Assembly: GCA_902764565.1 (NCBI GenBank)
Contig: CACWWM010000001.1
Location: 1-59,772, forward strand
Direction of reading: 5' to 3'
DNA length: 59,772 bases
From: an uncultured Eubacteriales bacterium
GTDB taxonomy: Bacteria; Bacillota; Clostridia; Christensenellales; Aristaeellaceae
The notes under the pieces are model-generated. The model ran no database searches. It saw only the letters and a program-made list of their open reading frames with translations, and was not told the origin of the DNA. Of the stretch, positions 54,569-59,772 are shown in pieces (position 1 is the first letter of the stretch; each line of letters begins with the position of its first letter). A program made the position numbers and the translations under genes.

Positions 54569-54772
54569 TCATAATTCAAAATCAATCGTGATGGTATCTA
54601 TCCCGTTATTGGCCTGGATCGTTTCGCCTGGGCTGTACTGGTTCATGCTTTCTATGTACATCCAGGTGTTTTCTTTCGTGTTCGCGTGGTGGTAATAGGC
54701 CGCATAAGTGTGCAATCTTTTTGTTTCCCTGCACGGTATCTTGCTTTCGTCGATGTAGCTACTGGCTGTCAT
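54569..54772 (-). CDS. hypothetical protein
   Basis: 67 aa with RBS GAAAGGA. Confidence 0.45.
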   Translation of the reverse strand: MTASSYIDESKIPCRETKRLHTYAAYYHHANTKENTWMYIESMNQYSPGETIQANNGIDTITIDFEL

Positions 54773-54817
54773 GGCTGGCGTCCTTTCTGCCCTCGTGACC
54801 TCCGGGGCGGGGTCGTT

Positions 54818-55408
54818 TCACATCATGCCGATCTGCTTGGCGTAGGTGTCCAGCTTTTCGCGGGCCGCTTCCCATGCTTTCTTGCTTTCATCGGTGGGAT
54901 CGTCGGAATAGGCGTGGAATGTTTCGCACTCTTTATCCTGGAGCGCTGAAAGCGTTTCCTGCTGATTGAAGGGCTGGCAGGGATCGAAGCCCTGGGCCTG
55001 GATGTTCTTTGTCCAGTTGTTCAAAAAGCTGTCCAGGTCATGCAGCATATAAGAATTATACCGGAGGCGTCCGTTTACTTGGTGGAATACCTCTTGATAC
55101 ATGGTGCCGTGCGGCCCGATCCCGTCCTGCTGGAATGTCAGGGGGCAAATGCTCCCGTCGGCGTCGTTGACGGAAAAGGTCATATCCGGGTCGCGCATCA
55201 GGTCGCCGCATTGGGTGTAATAGTGCATCATGGAATAAACCGGGTGGCCTTGGGCGTCACAATACCCCAGGTATTCAATGGATAGGGGCATATAATCGCC
55301 GCCGTCAACCGTGAAGCGGAAGTGCTTTTCTTCCTGCTGATCCACGGCCAGGAGATAGGGCTTGATCCGCTTGTAATTGGCTTTCCCGAATCTGATCTTG
55401 ATGTTCAT
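54818..55408 (-). CDS. hypothetical protein
   Basis: 196 aa. Start moved to MNIKIRF because the ORF-track start lies inside the promoter cassette. RBS GGGAGGAAAG. Confidence 0.55.
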   Translation of the reverse strand: MNIKIRFGKANYKRIKPYLLAVDQQEEKHFRFTVDGGDYMPLSIEYLGYCDAQGHPVYSMMHYYTQCGDLMRDPDMTFSVNDADGSICPLTFQQDGIGPHGTMYQEVFHQVNGRLRYNSYMLHDLDSFLNNWTKNIQAQGFDPCQPFNQQETLSALQDKECETFHAYSDDPTDESKKAWEAAREKLDTYAKQIGMM

Positions 55409-55434
55409 GTTCTTTCCTCCCTGTTTATAAAATA

Positions 55435-55481
55435 GGTTCAACCGACAATAATATTATATTCCCGTCGGTTGAACCTGTCAA
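55435..55481 (-). promoter_or_regulatory. promoter-operator cassette A: TTGACA-17-TATAAT flanked by inverted GGTTCAACCGAC / GTCGGTTGAACC
   Basis: Exact consensus hexamers on the minus strand. One operator fills the spacer and one lies 6 nt downstream of the -10. An A/T-rich UP-like tract lies upstream. Confidence 0.7.
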
Positions 55482-55500
55482 GCACTTTTGAAAAATTTTT

Positions 55501-55860
55501 TTACATGGCGGCGTAAAGGTCAGCGGCCCGCATGGTAAAATGGGCGTCCGGCTTTCGGTGTATCTGTTCCCCGGCTTCGTCCAGTTCCCCGGCGTAAATG
55601 TCGATGATGGCGGCGCTGTCCAGATAATGATGATCCAGATAGTACCGCAAAACAGGATAGTGATTCAGCAGATAGGCGGTGCCGGGCGTGAAGCCGTCAA
55701 GGCTGATCGTGTCGCGGTATGATCCGAAGGAATAGAAGCCGTTCCCTTCCGCATGGCTGGACGCGGCCAGGATGAAGGAACGCGGGCGGCTTTCCTGGGC
55801 CGCCCTGTTCTGGTCAAGGTAGGAAAGAAGCTCGTCGAAGGTCATTTGAATATGTTCCAT
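55501..55860 (-). CDS. hypothetical protein
   Basis: 119 aa with RBS GGAAGGAGG. Confidence 0.55.
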   Translation of the reverse strand: MEHIQMTFDELLSYLDQNRAAQESRPRSFILAASSHAEGNGFYSFGSYRDTISLDGFTPGTAYLLNHYPVLRYYLDHHYLDSAAIIDIYAGELDEAGEQIHRKPDAHFTMRAADLYAAM

Positions 55861-55884
55861 GGTGCAATCCTCCTTCCTGCCGCT

Positions 55885-56394
55885 TCACAGGCGGCAGATA
55901 TGTTCCGCGCGGTAGTCCTTGCAGTTGATTAACAGGGAATAGAGGGGGCCGTATATGGTGGCGGCGTAATTCATCAGGTTATTCCATTGGGCAGCGTTTT
56001 CCCGGAAGCTCTGCATGGCCGTCTGATACTCTGCTATCTCTTTTTCCAGCGCTTCGATCTGGCCGTTTATCCTGGTCAGGCTGGCGCGCCGGTTATCCAG
56101 GGACGCTATTTCAACGTCGATCCAGTCCTGCCCCTTCACACAGAAATGCACGGAAATGGTGGTGGAGTATGTGCCAGTTTTTCCAACGAAAACATGGCTG
56201 TATTCCGGGAACATGGCTTGCAGTTCATCGTCCAGCCGCTTGGTGATATAGCGGCCATTCAGGGCGGTCAGACGGCGCAAGAGATTGATTTTTTCGCGGT
56301 ATCGGCTGATCCTCCGCAGGGCCGCGCTTTCGGCCTGATCCATGGTTTCCGGGTCTATGGTGAGATAGTCCACATATAGCTGCTTCTGGTGCAT
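55885..56394 (-). CDS. hypothetical protein
   Basis: 169 aa with RBS GAAAGGGG. Confidence 0.55.
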   Translation of the reverse strand: MHQKQLYVDYLTIDPETMDQAESAALRRISRYREKINLLRRLTALNGRYITKRLDDELQAMFPEYSHVFVGKTGTYSTTISVHFCVKGQDWIDVEIASLDNRRASLTRINGQIEALEKEIAEYQTAMQSFRENAAQWNNLMNYAATIYGPLYSLLINCKDYRAEHICRL

Positions 56395-56417
56395 GGTTTA
56401 ATCCCCTTTCTGTGGTG

Positions 56418-56490
56418 TTGGCGGTTTTCCGCGACGGCCCCGCGGGGGCCGTTTCGAGCCGTGACCGGCGGCCCATCGTCAGGCGGATTT
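56418..56490 (-). repeat. class II 73-nt intercistronic repeat (two GC hairpins)
   Basis: About 5 mismatches versus 57287..57359. Minus strand contains ACGGCCCC-CGC-GGGGCCGT and GCGG-AAAA-CCGC. Confidence 0.6.
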
Positions 56491-56718
56491 TTTAGCGGCC
56501 TGGGCCGCGTGCTTTTCCTGGGCGGCGCGTATTCTGGCCGCTTCCTGGGCTTCCCGGCGGTAGCTGTCCATTCTGTGCTTTTCCGCTATCCTGGCGTCGT
56601 TCTCTTTCCGGCAGCGCGCCCGGCGGCGGGCCTTGTTCGCGGCCTGGATTATTGGAATCAGCACACAAGCGGCGATAATGCCAGACAGGAAAAGGATCAA
56701 TGCTGTGGTGACGTTCAT
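56479..56718 (-). CDS. small TM protein with basic tail
   Basis: 79 aa with TM segment ALILFLSGIIAACVLIPII. Confidence 0.5.
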   Translation of the reverse strand: MNVTTALILFLSGIIAACVLIPIIQAANKARRRARCRKENDARIAEKHRMDSYRREAQEAARIRAAQEKHAAQAAKKSA

Positions 56719-56741
56719 TTTCCCGCTTCCCTTCTTTGATA

Positions 56742-56788
56742 GGTTTAACCGACGGCTTTATTATAGCGCCGTCGGTTGAACCTGTCAA
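56742..56788 (-). promoter_or_regulatory. promoter-operator cassette B (TTGACA-17-TATAAT)
   Basis: Same architecture as cassette A. The downstream operator has one change (GGTTTAACCGAC). Confidence 0.7.
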
Positions 56789-56817
56789 GCCTTTCAACAA
56801 ATTTTTTCATGCGATTA

Positions 56818-57015
56818 TCAGAATACGGCGATCTTGTATTCTGTCCCGTCCAGTTCAATGATGGCCCATCCTGTCCATCCGGCATCATAATCCAGCCATG
56901 CGTCGCAATCGTTCATGACGTGGGCAATCCCGTCAGAGAATCCGGCGCGGTGGCCGATGATGTAGGACGCCGCCGCAATCAGCAGCGCGGCGAAGATTGC
57001 AAGAGCTTTTTTCAT
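56818..57015 (-). CDS. small secreted/membrane protein
   Basis: 65 aa starting MKKALAIFAALLIAAASYIIG. RBS GAAAGGGG. Confidence 0.5.
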   Translation of the reverse strand: MKKALAIFAALLIAAASYIIGHRAGFSDGIAHVMNDCDAWLDYDAGWTGWAIIELDGTEYKIAVF

Positions 57016-57029
57016 GGTGTTTTCCCCTT

Positions 57030-57263
57030 TCAAATGTCCAGCGTTTCCAGGTCGAAAGCGGGGGCGGCCCATGCTGTCATTTCCCCTGCTTCCCATGCCC
57101 GGCGATCCTCCCGGATCATGGCGTTGTAAGTCTGATAATCCACAAGGCCCAGATTCCAAAGAACAGTCACAGCCTCCCATAGCTTGTTATAGCTGCCCTG
57201 GCTGTCTGCCGTTCCTTCCTTGGCAAGGTTCCGCATGGTTTCAATTAGCTTTTTCTTGGTCAT
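57030..57263 (-). CDS. hypothetical protein
   Basis: 77 aa with RBS ACGGAGGAAAA. Confidence 0.5.
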   Translation of the reverse strand: MTKKKLIETMRNLAKEGTADSQGSYNKLWEAVTVLWNLGLVDYQTYNAMIREDRRAWEAGEMTAWAAPAFDLETLDI

Positions 57264-57286
57264 GGTGTTTTCCTCCGTTCTCTGTA

Positions 57287-57359
57287 TTGGCGGTTTTCCG
57301 CGACGGCCCCGCGGGGGCCGTTTCGATTCGTGACCGGCGAATCATCGTCAGGCGGATTT
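57287..57359 (-). repeat. class II 73-nt intercistronic repeat
   Basis: See 56418..56490. A diverged third copy lies at about 58768..58845. Confidence 0.6.
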
Positions 57360-57661
57360 CAAGGATGAATGTACCTTTCTAAGTGCTTCATAACAGGATC
57401 GAAGATTGTAACGATAGCAAGTTGATCGCCGTGCGTCGTGCGTTTCGGGGTGCTGATAATGTGGCAAATGCCGCCCGGCTGGCGCTCCACCCATTTTTTG
57501 AGGCGTTCACATTCTGCAAATAGCGTTTCGGCGTATGTGTACGGTGTGGCCTTTTTGATGGCAACGGTATATCCAGCCGCGCATCTTTCGTCCTTTCCAT
57601 CAAAACAATAGTAAAAGCTGGAGCGCTCCATCATCTCTTTGACGTATTTCGGAATAACCAT
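57359..57661 (-). CDS. hypothetical protein
   Basis: 100 aa with RBS GAAAGGGG. Confidence 0.5.
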   Translation of the reverse strand: MVIPKYVKEMMERSSFYYCFDGKDERCAAGYTVAIKKATPYTYAETLFAECERLKKWVERQPGGICHIISTPKRTTHGDQLAIVTIFDPVMKHLERYIHP

Positions 57662-57674
57662 AAATCCCCTTTCT

Positions 57675-57697
57675 GCCCGCGTACAATGCCCGCGGGC
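57675..57697 (-). repeat. class I intercistronic hairpin
   Basis: GCCCGCG-TACAATGCC-CGCGGGC, upstream of the RBS for 57661. Confidence 0.6.
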
Positions 57698-57724
57698 GTG
57701 GCGGTTGAAATGGTTTCCGGGCGT

Positions 57725-58741
57725 TTACGCGGCCCGGCGGCGTTTCGGCTGGCAGGGGCTTTCCTTCGCCCTGGCGAATGTTTCCTGCACTTTCAGCGCG
57801 GCGCGGTAGGCTTTCCAGTTCAGGCCCTTCACCCAGGCCCCCAGGGACGGCGCATAGTAGAATCCGGCTTCCTTCACGATGGCACGCGCGGCGTCCGTCG
57901 GGATACTGTCAAAAATAATCATCGTGCGGTCATAGGTGGCGGAAAATTCGATGGAATAGCCCAGGCCCGTGATTTTCGTCCCGATCCAGGTTTTTTCCGG
58001 GACGGGGCCATGCGCCTGTTTATCAGGATCAGCAGCGCGAAGGGCTCTCCGTTCTTCCCGGCGGCGTTCCTTTTCCGCGGCGGCTTCCGCCTGGGCGATC
58101 CGTTCCGCTTCCTGGGCGGCGCACAGCGCCGGGATGAAATGGGGGTTTTCCTGGTCGATGGTGATGCTGGCGGTTTTTCCGTCCGGCAGGGTGATTTCTG
58201 CAATCATGCTCCCGGCGTACTGGTGCCAGGTGCAAGCGAAGGTTTCACCGGCGGGGGTGGTCATGCTGTGCGGGGTGAATACGGGGGCGGCGTCCTGGGT
58301 GGGGGTTTCCTGTGTTTCGGGGGATGAAATGTTTTCGGGGCGTGCGTCCTTTTCCGGCGGCGTGGTTTCCGGCTGAAACTTCATCATGGCGTCGGCCAGC
58401 TGATCCAGGTGGGCCATGTGGATTCTGTTCGTGTAAACGTCGGCCTTTTCCGCGGCGGCTTCGTCCAGCGCGTTTTCGATGCTGGCGGCCCAGGTGGCAG
58501 CCCGGCGGCCGATCCTTCCGTCCCAGGCGTGACGGTTTACCAGGGAAGCGACGGCCACGACGGCGGCTTCATATCCCACGGCGTCAACCAGCTTTTTGAT
58601 GGTGTCGGTGGGCGTGCTTTCTCTGGTTTCGCCGTAGATGGTTTCCAGGGTTTTCACGTCGGCGCGGATCGTGTTCCGCAGGGTAAACCAGGCTTCCCGG
58701 TTTTCAGCAATCAGGGCGGTGATGGTTTCGATGGTTTTCAT
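57725..58741 (-). CDS. DUF3849-like protein
   Basis: 338 aa. VASLVNRHAWDGRIGRRAATWA resembles the DWDGRIS..N..WA signature of DUF3849 seen in conjugative-element polyvalent proteins. Confidence 0.5.
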   Translation of the reverse strand: MKTIETITALIAENREAWFTLRNTIRADVKTLETIYGETRESTPTDTIKKLVDAVGYEAAVVAVASLVNRHAWDGRIGRRAATWAASIENALDEAAAEKADVYTNRIHMAHLDQLADAMMKFQPETTPPEKDARPENISSPETQETPTQDAAPVFTPHSMTTPAGETFACTWHQYAGSMIAEITLPDGKTASITIDQENPHFIPALCAAQEAERIAQAEAAAEKERRREERRALRAADPDKQAHGPVPEKTWIGTKITGLGYSIEFSATYDRTMIIFDSIPTDAARAIVKEAGFYYAPSLGAWVKGLNWKAYRAALKVQETFARAKESPCQPKRRRAA

Positions 58742-58841
58742 GTTCTTTTCCTCCGTTCGTTTTTGTGGTGTTGGCGGCTATCCGCGACGCTTTCAGCGTT
58801 TCGCCCAGGGGGCCACCCTGGGCATCATCAGGCGGAAGGGG

Positions 58842-59351
58842 TTACACCGCGGCGGGAAGTTCTTCCCGGTCTGCCATGGTCACGCGCTGGCTTCCATACA
58901 TCCCGCGGATTTCGTCAAGGGAAAACTTCTTTTTGCCCATCTTCCTATACCCTTCTTCGTGCCAGTACCACGCTTGCTTGTTGCCGGAAAACTTATAACC
59001 GGCGGCTTTCAGGGCTTCCTTGTGCTGGCGGGTTTCGCCGGTGATCCACAACCATTCCCCGCACAGCTCGATCATGATCCCTTGCAGGGTGACAACGGCC
59101 ATGACGGCGGCACGGAAAGCGGCGGGGCATTCGCGTTCCCTGGGCTGGTAGGTTTCGCCCTGGGCGTTTACCTTGGGAAGCCAGGCGGAAAGGGCGTCAT
59201 AGTCGTTATTGACCTGGATCATGGTCTTTTCGTCGCCGCCCAGGTCGGGGTGATACTTCTTCGCCAGCCGCTTATATTCGGCTTTCAGCTGATCCATGGT
59301 CTGGCAATCCTGGAAGAATACGGTCACGGGGCGCTTGCTGGTGTTCATCAT
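58842..59351 (-). CDS. J-domain (DnaJ-like) protein
   Basis: 169 aa with QLKAEYKRLAKKYHPDLGGD (HPD motif). RBS GGGAGG. First gene after cassette C. Confidence 0.7.
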   Translation of the reverse strand: MMNTSKRPVTVFFQDCQTMDQLKAEYKRLAKKYHPDLGGDEKTMIQVNNDYDALSAWLPKVNAQGETYQPRERECPAAFRAAVMAVVTLQGIMIELCGEWLWITGETRQHKEALKAAGYKFSGNKQAWYWHEEGYRKMGKKKFSLDEIRGMYGSQRVTMADREELPAAV

Positions 59352-59403
59352 GGTTTTTACCTCCCTGTTTTCGTTATTTGGTGTTGGCTGGTGTTGGTGT
59401 GTC

Positions 59404-59450
59404 GGTTCAACCGACGCCCATAGTATAACGCCGTCGGTTGAACCTGTCAA
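59404..59450 (-). promoter_or_regulatory. promoter-operator cassette C (TTGACA-17-TATACT)
   Basis: Same inverted GGTTCAACCGAC / GTCGGTTGAACC pair as cassettes A and B. Confidence 0.65.
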
Positions 59451-59772
59451 CCCCATTTTTCACTTTTTTTCAAAAAAATTTTTCGTCTGCCGTCGCTGAT
59501 CCCCTGGAAGCCTTGCGCCGCCTTGCTTTGCAGCCCTTCCCCCTTGCCCCATATCGCGCGCAATAGGGGGAAAACCGCCGCCCTGGCCGCCGGGCAGAGG
59601 AAGCCCAGCAGCACCGCCGCCACGATCCACCCCGCCGCGGCGGCCATCCTCCGCCGGGAAGCTGGCCCAGGTGATCCCCCTGCCTGGACGCCGTCACCCT
59701 GGCCGCCCGGGCAGAGGAAGCCCGGCAGCACCGCCGCCACGATCCACCCCGCCAGGGCCGCCCGGCGGAGGA
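59447..59772 (-). CDS. partial membrane protein with internal tandem duplication (start may lie outside the window)
   Basis: GWIVAAVL.GFLCP occurs twice. DNA repeat units at about 59580..59635 and 59697..59753. Confidence 0.4.
   Translation of the reverse strand, partial: LRRAALAGWIVAAVLPGFLCPGGQGDGVQAGGSPGPASRRRMAAAAGWIVAAVLLGFLCPAARAAVFPLLRAIWGKGEGLQSKAAQGFQGISDGRRKIFLKKSEKWG

Larger units (their letters stand above)
291..59772. mobile_element. temperate tailed phage / prophage (lambda-like head and packaging, contractile P2/Mu-like tail)
   Basis: Contiguous integrase, CI/Cro switch, replication, terminase, portal, capsid, sheath/tube, tape measure, baseplate, fibre and lysis modules. The right boundary is not visible in the window. 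Confidence 0.9.

Noticed and set aside
55435-59450. Repeated ~50-bp cassettes as a possible CRISPR array
   Set aside because: The copies are 1.3 and 2.7 kb apart and separated by protein-coding genes. Each contains consensus -35/-10 hexamers, so they are promoters, not CRISPR repeats.

Overview
The 59.8-kb window reads as one temperate tailed-phage genome. It could be an integrated prophage or a circularly assembled phage; I see no clear host gene. All protein-family names are from motif recognition by eye, not from searches. Left end: a 65-nt 3' fragment of tRNA-Ser(GCU) (probable att core) bracketed by TTAAGYAA-containing direct repeats, a tyrosine integrase, a SWIM protein, an AT-rich secreted 'moron', and a divergent CI/Cro switch with four AGGC-N3-RCCT operators. 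The rightward early region carries an Xis-like gene and DUF1064. It also holds a 1.2-kb tRNA/structured-RNA island with tRNA-Phe, -Thr and -Gly, two non-canonical tRNA-like elements and a thrice-repeated boxB-like hairpin motif. After that come DUF3102, a MazG-like gene, a replication initiator with internal iterons plus an AT-rich tract, and radical-SAM plus Dam genes. A late regulator is followed by a consensus promoter and an immediate terminator. Lambda-type packaging and head genes (Nu1/GpA-like terminase, gpW, portal, ClpP-like protease, gpD-like decoration, gpE-like capsid) are joined to a P2/Mu-type contractile tail (sheath, tube, chaperone with a GGGAAAC -1 frameshift, hub, tape measure, baseplate, fibres). 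The standout is a complete diversity-generating retroelement (VR - avd - TR - RT). Its 139-bp TR differs from the VR at the 3' end of a 2177-aa multidomain tail-fibre gene at 26 positions, all of them TR adenines. Downstream lie the lysis genes and a small catalytic-domain-only tyrosine recombinase translationally coupled to an MT-A70 methyltransferase that ends in a G12 tract. The right 7 kb is a leftward-transcribed arm (RHH, DUF3849-like, J-domain protein, many orphans). It is driven by three near-identical promoter-operator cassettes plus a fourth variant, and punctuated by two families of GC-rich intercistronic hairpins.
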